A stretch of DNA of 20,002 bases, taken from assembly GCF_006345805.1 (NCBI RefSeq), contig NW_021823997.1, forward strand, positions 1 through 20,002. The letters are read 5' to 3'. Source of the DNA: Octopus sinensis (lineage: Eukaryota). The notes below the pieces were generated by a model. That model was not told the origin of the DNA. It ran no database searches and was given only the letters and a program-made list of their open reading frames with translations. Shown in pieces: positions 9,862 to 20,002 of the stretch (the first letter of the stretch is position 1; the number at the start of each line of letters is the position of its first letter). Made by a program: the position numbers and the translations under genes.

Positions 9862-10322
9862 ACTTTCGGACAGATATCCATACAACTATATGATAGAGGA
9901 GGTGGAGAGGATGGTAGTTAAATGGATTCTATTAAAAAGCAATTAAATGGCAAAGCCAGCGAAATCACCTTTCCGATGGCCAATCTATAATTGTTCTAGA
10001 AACAGAGTTCATATGAATGTGGATCCCGAAATCAAAGGACAAAAAATTCCCTACAATATTACGTTCTTCGGGAATGATGGATAAAACATCATACGCATTC
10101 ATTTTGTGACCCAGACCACAAGTAAGTAGGACAAACACCAAAGAGAATAGCTAAACGCTGTACATTATGCTATGTAATGTAATCAAGTGTGACTGCGCAA
10201 AAAGTGACAAAGCTGAGACGAAACACTGCACACAATTGTACTCGACACGGCAGTGAGAGCCAACCGTAAGAATTAGAACAGAGATTTGTAGCAACATCAG
10301 CGTGAGCAAGATAACGATGGCG

Positions 10323-10405
10323 GTGATGACGATGAAGAAGAAGAAGAAGAAGAAGAAGAAGAAGAAGAAGAAGAAGAAGAAGAAGAAGAAGAAGAAGAAG
10401 AAGGC

Positions 10406-10436
<31 letters not shown>

Positions 10437-10558
10437 GTGGTGCCTGCTGTACCTTTATCAGACTGGTAGTCATGATGGGTATACAGGGCTTCGTATATTT
10501 TACCCCAGTATAACTTTGATGGCATCCACTGCTCTCTCGCTCAATAATAATAATAATA

Positions 10559-10608
<50 letters not shown>

Positions 10609-10618
10609 AATTATAATG

Positions 10619-10661
<43 letters not shown>

Positions 10662-10676
10662 TAATAATAATAATAA
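10323..10676. repeat. Compound trinucleotide tracts (AAG)n, (GAT)n, (AAT)n
   Basis: Direct reading; source of the poly-F/I and poly-D/N ORFs. Confidence 0.95.
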
Positions 10677-10689
10677 ACTCTCCTCTCTA

Positions 10690-10772
10690 AACCTACCTGC
10701 GTGTTACTAGCAGCCTAACCAAACTTGTAAGGCAAATACTGAACATCCTTCTAACATAATAATAATAATTAA
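10690..10772 (+). mobile_element. Possible very short 3' end of an R4/Dong-type LINE between TAA repeats
   Basis: Frameshifted TCVLLAA / KLVRQILNI resembles the ..LLGTARILR.VL C-terminus of this group; followed by (TAA)n. Confidence 0.4.
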
Positions 10773-11151
10773 CTTTAGGGAACTACCACCTTTCCCTCCT
10801 CCCATTCTTCCAGCTGTCGGGCCGTCGGCGTCTAAACCAGCCACCCCACAGAGCTTGCTTTGTGAGGAGGGTGCTTTTTTTGTTATTTGGTTACCCTTCA
10901 GGATGAAATACAAGAATTGTCTAAGGGTGGATTAACTCTGAGGAGTCAACAGCCACCCAAACAACAAATCATTCACCATTCACCACCTGCGGAGCACTGA
11001 ATTCTGGGTTTTAGTGTCCAGCTCAGGATAGCTCACTTAAACTTCGATGAGAAGGAGGGTCTCTATGAGTGTATTTAGACAAATCCCTCTAGAGATGGTG
11101 CCTCCGTAAAAATACTTGACGTTGTGAAAACTTATCAACACTTTTCTCTGC

Positions 11152-12640
11152 ATGTCAGTAATGAATACTAGAATTAACACAAAGAACGGCGTATATGAGG
11201 GCGGAACTACATTGGACGGGCTTTTGCCCGGCAGCTGCTCTGTGGGTGAGCAGCTCTGGCCCGGTGGTCATAATACGGCTGCTAGAACTAAATGGTCTAA
11301 GCCGATTAATACAGATGGTATGGAATGTTGTTTTTTGAGCAGACCCACTGAAAATGAAAGGAAACTCATAAGAGGATATAGAAAGAGGATGCAGGGCACA
11401 GTTATTACGGACCAGAGACTCTGTAACGAACGTAAGAGCAATGAGGAAGAAAAGATGGCTAACAGTACTGAATAAAATTAGGAGGATGGAATTAGCAAGC
11501 TGGATGCAATTAGGAGGAGGGTGATGACCAAAAACTTTGGGAGCGATGTAGAAGTACATACTGAGAGCGCTGACGAAGCTGTACATAAGGAGAGTAAACT
11601 GGAGAATTATACTGTCTCAAGCCCTGAGTGTAGAGGTCTAAATAATGATGACAAAGGAATGATCGAAGACATTATTAGTATCGTTAAGGAAAACTAGTAA
11701 ATGGAAATAAATGGATTTAGGAAGGGAGATAGAAATTTATTCAAAGGGTGAGCCCTTCAAGTGAATAAAATACTACAAGACGTAACCGGAGCAAATAGAT
11801 TGATTAAAGCCTGCATCATCTATTAACACAATGTTAATATCATGTGTAAAATTTTTGGCGACGGTTAACATCAAGAGAGGGATATTTCAAGGAGATAGCC
11901 TATCAACATGGCGGTTTCTGATTCGTATGATATTCCTCACACAGGAACTACGGAAAGTGACATCGCGGTAGACCTTGAAAAGTGGAGGAAAATTAAGTCA
12001 TTTGTTATATATGGATGATTTAAAGATATTTGGAAAGACCGAACGAGAAATAAATGACCTAGATTCAAAAGTGTAGACACTCAGTAAGGATATCGGAATG
12101 GAATTTGGGACTAAAACGTGTGGTAAGCGAAATAATGCCACCTGATGGTTCAGAGTTACCCAACAGCGAGAAAATCCAGGATATTGAGACGAATAGATAT
12201 AAATATCTGGATATTTTAGAATACGACAAAATCAAAAAAAGTGAAATAAAGGAAGGCTTTAGGCAAGATATTTCAAAAGATACAAGTTAATTAGAGAAAA
12301 AGAAATCAATGGAAAAGACAAAGTCGGAGCAATGAACACATGGGTTGTCTCCTTAAATTGGACAAAGGACGAGGTTGAGGAAATGGGCAGGAAAACTAGA
12401 AATGTGATGACAATTAAGAAGGAGCTACACTCCAAAAGCGACGGATTGTATGTGCCTAGTAACTTTGGATGCAAAATCTGTGTTGTCGAAGAGAAGAACA
12501 GTCTGAGACCATGAATCCTTGCTTACTGCTGTTAGAATTAACAATATAATGTCTACCGAAAATGTGAACCCACAAACATTTAAGAAAGAAGAGTAAACTA
12601 CTGGAAAATGAAACCACTGAAAAGACAAGATGGATACTTG
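11152..12640 (+). mobile_element. Degenerate, internally deleted non-LTR retrotransposon of R4/Dong type (N-terminal domain plus reverse transcriptase)
   Basis: RTKWSK..N...MECCFLS.P...RGYRKRM; VNIKRGIFQGDSLS from 11864; SHLLYMDDLKIF (YMDD 12008-12019); DIGMEFG; YKYLDI; RKTRNVMT..ELHSK; WKMKPL. Multiple stops and frameshifts. The 5' UTR may extend back to about 10775. Confidence 0.88.
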
Positions 12641-12667
12641 AAGATACATATATATATATATATATTA

Positions 12668-12699
<32 letters not shown>

Positions 12700-12888
12700 C
12701 ATTGGCGATTTTTTTCCTCTGTCTTCCCTTCTCTGGATCTCTCCTTCTCCTATGTTTCCGACGAAGAGCTCCGCTCGAAACGTTAAACCCTCCTTCTTTC
12801 CTTCTTTCCTGAGCGTCCAATAATACTATATTTGTTCCACGTCCTCGCGTTGTTGTGTTTTTTAGTGCTTTCTTGTTTGGATTAACTT

Positions 12889-12890
<2 letters not shown>
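12700..12890 (+). mobile_element. PLE terminal-repeat fragment embedded in (TA)n
   Basis: About 190 bp pyrimidine-rich unit with (TA)n on both sides; contains the HHR motif below. Confidence 0.75.
12754..12788 (+). ncRNA. Minimal type I hammerhead variant (C at core position 4)
   Basis: Stem I GUUU / AAAC; core CCGACGA 12758-12764 instead of CUGANGA; extra A; stem II GAGC(UCC)GCUC; GAAA 12777-12780; palindromic ACGU stem III with no loop; GUU triplet. Confidence 0.6.
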
Positions 12891-12938
<48 letters not shown>

Positions 12939-13430
12939 TATAACGTATATGTACGTGCATGTGTGTGTGTGTGTGTGTGTTTAATTCTTACTTTTATAGA
13001 GACCGAAACTAGAATATCTGGAGTGTGTTTGGGGCCGTTTAGATTGACTTCAGTGCTCAACTATGAATTATTTCATCGACCTAAGCAGTGTAATTTGCAA
13101 ATTCGACATCAAAAAAATAATGGCTGAAGATATGCCTCTAAGTATCCGGTCCTGCGTTTTGGATAATTACCCTGCTGTTTAACTTATGAAGCATGTCGAC
13201 TGTTATAGTCTATATGACAAGACGGTAATCCGAAATTGGTCGTTTAAAAAAAAAAGTGTCTGAAAATTCCACAGTAGGAATTTTCCATTTGCAAACCAGA
13301 ATTATAGAGCAAGCAAGTATTTTTCAATCCTCATTTGAAACTTGTTTCACCAGTCTTACTCTATTACACAACAATATACGCAGTTATTGTTTCATTACCT
13401 GCAGTTGATTGAAATGATGCACAACCACGG

Positions 13431-13475
13431 AGATAGATACATAGATCATAGATAGATAGATAGATAGATAGATAG

Positions 13476-13516
<41 letters not shown>

Positions 13517-13569
13517 CATACATCTATGTAGATAGATAGATAGAAAGATAGACAGACAGACAGACAGAC

Positions 13570-13635
<66 letters not shown>
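13431..13635. repeat. (GATA)n / (GACA)n microsatellite
   Basis: Direct reading. Confidence 0.97.
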
Positions 13636-13636
<1 letters not shown>

Positions 13637-13849
13637 AAATAATACATGCATATATACATATATGCATAGACACATACATACGTAGCACTGAAAATTAATT
13701 ACACTAAGGTCCCAAAAGATAAGAGCAGCGTATTAGTCCTTTGTAGGATATGTGGCAGCAAAAACGAAGCAACCACCCAAAGCAACCACCCAAAAGCAAC
13801 ACAAAAGAAGGCAAATGCAGTCTGTCAGTATCGTTTTTGTGATGGAATT

Positions 13850-14185
13850 CTTTCTAATAGTTATCACTTTTCCAGTAGTTGTAGGAGCACCGGGAGCTCT
13901 AACAACGAAGTTCGAGAAATATGTCGGAGAAACTCACATGAGTGCAGAGCAACCCCTAAAACTGCTCTCCTGGGGACATATAGGATTTAGATATTGGTAC
14001 TTGGATGTTGAATGTATCCCGCGATAATTAAAAACAAGTATCAAAGCTTAAAATATGCAGAAAGAGACCCTGTGATTCCCTTGATAGCAGGCTGCTGTCA
14101 GCACTCACAGTATCTATCAGAGCGCTCTAAGGAAACAATAATAACAACTAAGAAAACATAATAAATAATAATAATAATAATAATA

Positions 14186-14225
<40 letters not shown>
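13850..14225 (+). mobile_element. 3' end of an R4/Dong-type LINE with (TAA)n tail
   Basis: ITFPVVVGAPGALTTKFEKYVGE, then shifted KTALLGTYRI, resembles the C-terminus of the restriction-like endonuclease domain; short 3' UTR and (TAA)n at about 14158-14225. Confidence 0.8.
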
Positions 14226-14227
<2 letters not shown>

Positions 14228-14394
14228 ATTTAATATTTAAGTATGATATTAATTGCCTGATAGAACGTACACGTGTTTCAGTAGATGACCGATATGTATT
14301 AGATGATTTTACTTATATAATTTATAATTCATTCTCCCTTATGTATAAATAATACATACCTCTAAATAATATATAAATAAAATACATATACATA

Positions 14395-14615
14395 TATGTG
14401 TGTGTGTGTGTATGTTTGTGTGTCTGTGAATGTCCCCCCTTCATCATAGATTCAAAATCTATGTTGATGTTCTAACGTTTCCGTAACTTAGCGGTTCGGC
14501 AAAAGAACCCGATAGTATAAGTTCTAGGCTTACAAAGAATAAGTCCTGGGGTCGATTTCTTTAGATTAAAGGCGGTGCTCCAGCATGAATGCTTTCAAAT
14601 GACTGAAACAAATGT
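14395..14615 (+). mobile_element. 3' half of the CORE-type SINE
   Basis: (TG)n then ccgtaacttagcggttcggcaaaag...ggcggtgctccagcatg...aaatgactgaaacaa matches the reverse complement of 2125-2290. Confidence 0.85.
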
Positions 14616-14699
14616 AAATATAAAATAATCAAACACTATATAAATATATATATATATATATATTATATATATGTGTGTGTGTGTGTGTGTCTGTGTCTG

Positions 14700-14741
<42 letters not shown>

Positions 14742-15389
14742 TTATAAATATGTATGTTCATATATATATTTATATATAATATTCATATACAAATACATAT
14801 TATATATATGTGTGTGTGCATGTATATGACTTATTTTGCACCCTATTATTTTACGTGTATAAGCATATATACACTCAGACATACACACATACACACACAC
14901 ACACATGTAGACACGTGCACCTGCTCACATGTCTGTCATATCCTGAGCATGTTTACACATAAGTGGACATTTAAAATTCCGTTACATACCAACTCAGCAG
15001 AGCAACGGCTACATAAACCTTGTACGACAAACTTTCAACACGTTTCACGCCGTCTCTCATAACATTTGAACATCGACTCTGCATTGCAACTTTTCCGTAA
15101 TTATCAAATGCAACACGCTGTAACAGTCAATCCCGACATTAACTTCACTCACTTTTTTATGCATAATTCCCTGTCCATTTTCATATGGTTGACTGTGATT
15201 ATTTGATCTTTTCCTGTATTATTTACTTTATTATTTGTTTTCACTTGCTTTATATTTTTATCCTTCTAGCATGTGCCCATATATTACGATCTCGCTGTGA
15301 CTTCCGCTCGGGAAATATAACTCAACATTGCCTCTCAATTTATTACTCTCTCTCTCTCTCTCTTTTCTATTTGTATCTTTCTCTTTTTT

Positions 15390-15430
<41 letters not shown>

Positions 15431-15549
15431 CACTCTATGTTCCTTTTGCGTGTTACTGTATGGATATGTAACTTTATTATATCCATCCAAGCATCTCTTT
15501 GTCCTCTCTCTCTCTCTCTTTCATTCTATTTTCTGCATCTCATGTTATG

Positions 15550-15597
<48 letters not shown>

Positions 15598-15598
15598 G

Positions 15599-15632
<34 letters not shown>

Positions 15633-15759
15633 GTCTCACTATCTATCTATTTATCTGTCTAGCTATCAATCTATCTATCTGTCTAACTATCTATCTAACT
15701 ATCTAACTGTCTACCTATCAATCTATCTATCTGTCTATCTATCTGTCTATCTATCTATA

Positions 15760-15810
<51 letters not shown>
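15550..15810. repeat. (CTAT)n microsatellite
   Basis: Direct reading. Confidence 0.97.
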
Positions 15811-15953
15811 ATATCCATCTCTCCCTCTGTATATATATATTATAATATATAATATTATATATACATCTACCTACTTACCTATCTATCTATCTATTTATCT
15901 ATATGTTACACAACTATTTATGTATATGTATATAAATAAATAAATAATAAATA

Positions 15954-16009
<56 letters not shown>

Positions 16010-16569
16010 ATATTTATATATATGCACACCATACTCATACACAAATATCCCAACACACAATTTGCATACATCCACACTACATATAGATACGCCTACACTC
16101 ATATATATCCATATATGTGTATGTGAGCGTGTGTATATTTTGATATATATATGCACGTGAGTTTCTCTTTGCATCTATGTATATAGATATATTCCTGAAT
16201 TTTTGTTATTCTCTTAGTGCACGTAGATAAATACGTGAATGCATATGTATCGCACTGTTCTGTCTGTGCATGCAATTATACACGTATGAGAGTGTATGTA
16301 TGTATGTATGTATGTATGTATGTATGTATGTATGTATGTGTCAGTGTGTGTTGTCAGTATGTTAAGGGACTGTGTTTTTGTTTATATGTGTATTTTCTCC
16401 CTCTATCCCTCTTTACATTTTCTTTCCATTACTACCTCTTGTAGTAAATTCCACCATCCTATCCCATCCACCCATCCACCCACCGCCATTACTACCGCCA
16501 CAATTAAGAATAACAACAGCAAAAACAACAACTACAACAACAACAGCAATAATAACAACAAAGACACCC

Positions 16570-16870
16570 ACTCAGACCGCTCCACGCCACAGTCTCTGAA
16601 ATGAATGTATCATTAAGCAACCGATAGCACGTAGCTAATTCTAGCATTTTCGGTGGATTTATCAAACACACCACCACGGCTTCAATCCGGTGATTGAGGA
16701 GTATAGACCCGTCGTGCACAAGCAAAAATGCTTCGCTTCTGCACCGAAGCATTGACCGCCTCGTGAACAAAACATGATATGCTATGCGTTTCGACATTTC
16801 ACACGCGACGAAATTTTCACGTCACGCACACGACGCATTTCCGAAATTGTTACCAAAATGCAAAATCACG
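16570..16870. promoter_or_regulatory. CpG-dense unique segment; possible promoter, 5' UTR or conserved non-coding element
   Basis: About two dozen CpGs in about 300 bp by manual count, against a CpG-poor background. Contains a CRE-like GTGACGTG (minus strand) and two short hairpins. Not repeated in the window. Confidence 0.35.
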
Positions 16871-17422
16871 TTTACAGAATATTCTCTCTGCTCTCCTTTC
16901 TGCTCCGTTTCTATCTCTGTGTCGCTACCACTCCTCTTCACTGTGCATAAACCTCCACCCCATGGTTTTTTTTTCTTCACCTAAACCCTCATTTCCCGAG
17001 TCAAATTCCATCAACATTTTCTTCCATATTACCACTAACACCAACACCTCCACCACACTGCTCTTCCTATCTCTAGCACAAACACTGCGTTCTAGATGTC
17101 ACACCTGATGCAAGTGTGTGACTGTATATGAGCACGTATTTATATGCGTGCATTTCTGTCTTTGTATGTATGTGTATGCATGCGTTTCAAAGTGTGTGAT
17201 TGAAGGTCAAGAACAGATCTCAACCTTTTGGTCGTTTTGTTTTTGATTCGTTTTGTCTTTGCTATTATTGAAGGAATTCCATCACGCGAAAAATCGTGTG
17301 TATGACATTCACAACGAAGTATCCAACTGTTTCAAATGAAACATTGTCAGTTCGGTGAATAAACATCTATACACCAAATATATAAATATATATATAATAT
17401 AATATATATATATATATATTAT

Positions 17423-17470
<48 letters not shown>

Positions 17471-17487
17471 GAATATGTATGTATGTA

Positions 17488-17524
<37 letters not shown>

Positions 17525-17529
17525 CTATA

Positions 17530-17734
17530 GAGCACAGTGGTGGCTGTGAAGTAAGCAACTTACCAACTACTTGGTTCCAGGTTCAGTCCCAATGCGTTGT
17601 ACCTTGGGTATGTGTCTTCTACTATAGCCTCGGGTCGACCAAAGTCTTGTGAGTGGATTTGAAAGACAGAAACGGAAGGAAGCTCGTCGTATATATGTAT
17701 AAGTATGTGCGTGTGTGTGTGTGTCTGTGCATCT

Positions 17735-17775
<41 letters not shown>
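17530..17775 (+). mobile_element. 5' half of the CORE-type SINE plus (TG)n
   Basis: ggttccaggttcagtccc...accttgggtatgtgtcttctactatagcctcgggtcgaccaaag...gtgagtggattt matches the reverse complement of 2410-2570. Confidence 0.85.
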
Positions 17776-17778
<3 letters not shown>

Positions 17779-18380
17779 GTGTCGCTACTCACCGTCTGTT
17801 CGAAGGATTATTTACCGAAATTCAGTGGAACACATCCACTGCTTTTCAAAAATAGAAATATTAATATTCTAAGTCTGTTACGGCAGCGGTTAAGGGGCAT
17901 ATACCCTGAAACTAGTGTAGAGGTGCCAGATCAGCAAGTGAAAGCGGCTAACTTCCCCTGTTTGAAAATTATAATTAAAACAGTTTCATGTGTTACATAC
18001 CTAGCTAGATGTGATTGCCTCATGGAGCTAATCAATGGCAGCATTCATCATATTTTTCTGGACTGCCATGTTAGCTTGTGATAACTATTAGTATCCAGTA
18101 CCACACATCAATTCACTCGCCCATCTTTAAATACCAAACTTCTTCGAGGGTGTAGGACATCGATCTATTTAACTCTATTGCTAGAAAGAGTAGTCTAACC
18201 TCCCTGAAATTGGAGTGTAACGCCTCAAAAACGAAGAATATATTTCACAATGTAGGCCTAATTATAAAATTAGAATTCGGTGGTGGCGAAGGGAAAGTCA
18301 TTTATCATGCACCTATTCACATTCCGCGAAACTTTGCTTAAAACAAAATATAATTACATTCCTATTTATTTCATTATATG

Positions 18381-18389
18381 TATTTTTAT

Positions 18390-18471
<82 letters not shown>
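18381..18471. repeat. (CTAT)n microsatellite
   Basis: Direct reading. Confidence 0.97.
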
Positions 18472-18475
<4 letters not shown>

Positions 18476-19199
18476 ATATATCTATCGATCTATATATCCA
18501 TCTATCTGTATATCCCTATCTATTTGTCTATCTTTATGTATCATATACATATATGCAAACTTACATACAAATAAACACACAAGCAAACACATACACACAC
18601 ATGCACACACACACATATACATTCAAGAGCAAACGATGCAACTTAGGGAATATATTTCAATACAATTCAGAGCAAATAATTAATTACTGGAATGATTAAA
18701 CAATTTATTTGTTAAAATTTCTCGTTAACATCCTTTTATCTCTAGAGGGACTAACTTCATTTAAACTAATTCCATAAAGCTTTGTGAAATATTTCGTAGA
18801 TATTCTTCCGTGAAATTACAGATTTGGGGCCTTTTTATGGCCCATTTGAATTAGAATCAAAGGAATAACTTCGTATGAACTTAACAATTACTCAAAATTA
18901 GTTTACCTATAATTTCCAGCGCTGCTAAGTGTAGATAAGACAAACTATGGAACAGGAAACATATATTTCTTTGGAGCAGCTCATTTACATATTGGTTGAG
19001 TTTGTTGTGAGTTCATAGGAGTTTCAAGGGATGATGAGAGTCTGTGAATACAGCCCCCGTCTCTATTCATAATGCGCCATACACGCCCAGATCGTCCTCA
19101 TGTTAAGCCTTCTCGCGGCATGATGACCGCAGACGCGATCAAATGCCACTATGATTCCGCCAAATTCTGGCACAGACGCTGCTTCGAATTCACAAGTTA

Positions 19200-19320
19200 A
19201 CCGGGTTGCAGCCCTTGTACCGCCGGTGTCAGACCTGTCCGCTTCGGGTGACCCTACCAGGGACTCTAAGTCCCCTACGGCATAGCCCTAACGCTCACCC
19301 GTTGAACCTTCCCACAGCGA
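19200..19320 (-). mobile_element. Fragment resembling the 5' UTR motif of RTE-clade LINEs
   Basis: Minus strand ggctatgccgtaggggacttagagtccctggtagggtcacccgaagcggacaggtc resembles the gagctatg...cctggtagggtcaccc...gacaggtc motif I recall from RTE 5' ends. No adjacent ORF found. Confidence 0.55.
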
Positions 19321-19892
19321 TTAGAAGATTTCAAATAGTACACGGCCGGACATTTGTCGAAATCAGTGGTCACTCAGTCATCCGTCCACACGTCAACGTG
19401 CCAGTTATTTCCACAGACCTTAGATGAAATAAATATAAGTTACAGGTAAAAGTAAATATAGAGCTTGCTATTCTTTTCGACTCGGAAAGAAATGGAATAT
19501 GATAAATGACGAAAAGGAATGTGTCTGACAGATGTAAATAAAAATACCCAAGGCTCACACTCCAGAACCTGTTGGGCGCTGAAGGACTGAGGCTAGGTAT
19601 ACGCTCTTCTTCACATTCATAGCAATCAGAAGCAACTCAAACCCTATCTTTTAAGTGAAGATATCAGATAATGTAATCGTGTGACCGGTCAGTCATTGTA
19701 GTAATGCCGATTTCTGATATGCCCGTTCATACGGAGTTGACTAGAAGACCAAACTGCAGCAACATGAAAGGGCAAACGTTATTAACAGGAATCTTTCACT
19801 GTATATTACAGAATCTCTGTTTTCAATTCACTGGCTGCGCATGCGTGAGTTGTTATTGTATTTCCTTGTTTGTGACCGTGTGTATCATTTGA

Positions 19893-19937
<45 letters not shown>

Positions 19938-20002
19938 CATATATACAAATGTGTATACATATGTATGTATATGTATATTGAGCATGTATATATATCTATA
20001 TA

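Noticed and set aside
10890-10960. GAAA...GUC...CUGAGGA-GUC in type II hammerhead order
   Set aside because: Stem III needs a 2-nt insertion, stem I does not abut the core, and a competing GGGUGG/CCACCC hairpin explains the pairing better.
13120-13200. CTGAAGA hammerhead-like core (also CTGACGA near 11570 and minus-strand hits near 470, 2600, 4435 and 4787)
   Set aside because: No properly placed GAAA or closing stems.
17785-17850. Strong minus-strand donor GTGAGT
   Set aside because: All three upstream frames contain stops; could only be a UTR exon and has no other support.
2287-18699. Numerous ORFs rich in YI, HT, CV, SIYL, N or D
   Set aside because: Translations of microsatellites and SINEs, not genes.

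Overview
AT-rich, microsatellite-saturated eukaryotic DNA. The SINE families and repeat landscape look like Octopus (recognised from memory, no search run). None of the supplied ORFs is a convincing intact gene; most are microsatellite or retroelement read-through. The window holds several tRNA-derived SINEs, a broken R4/Dong-type LINE, a decayed Penelope-like (PLE) GIY-YIG endonuclease and two candidate minus-strand exons near the left end. The main signal is RNA-level: three unrelated type I hammerhead ribozyme (HHR) motifs on the + strand (1119-1168, 6984-7075, 12754-12788). Each sits in a short fragment that runs into a (TA)n tract, and each has a self-complementary stem III as expected for dimer-cleaving PLE hammerheads. 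The 6984 HHR is one arm of a 629-bp foldback whose other arm carries a catalytically broken antisense copy. A partial HDV-like fold next to an RTE-type 5' motif at 19.1-19.3 kb is a weaker candidate. All folds were done by eye and none is tested.
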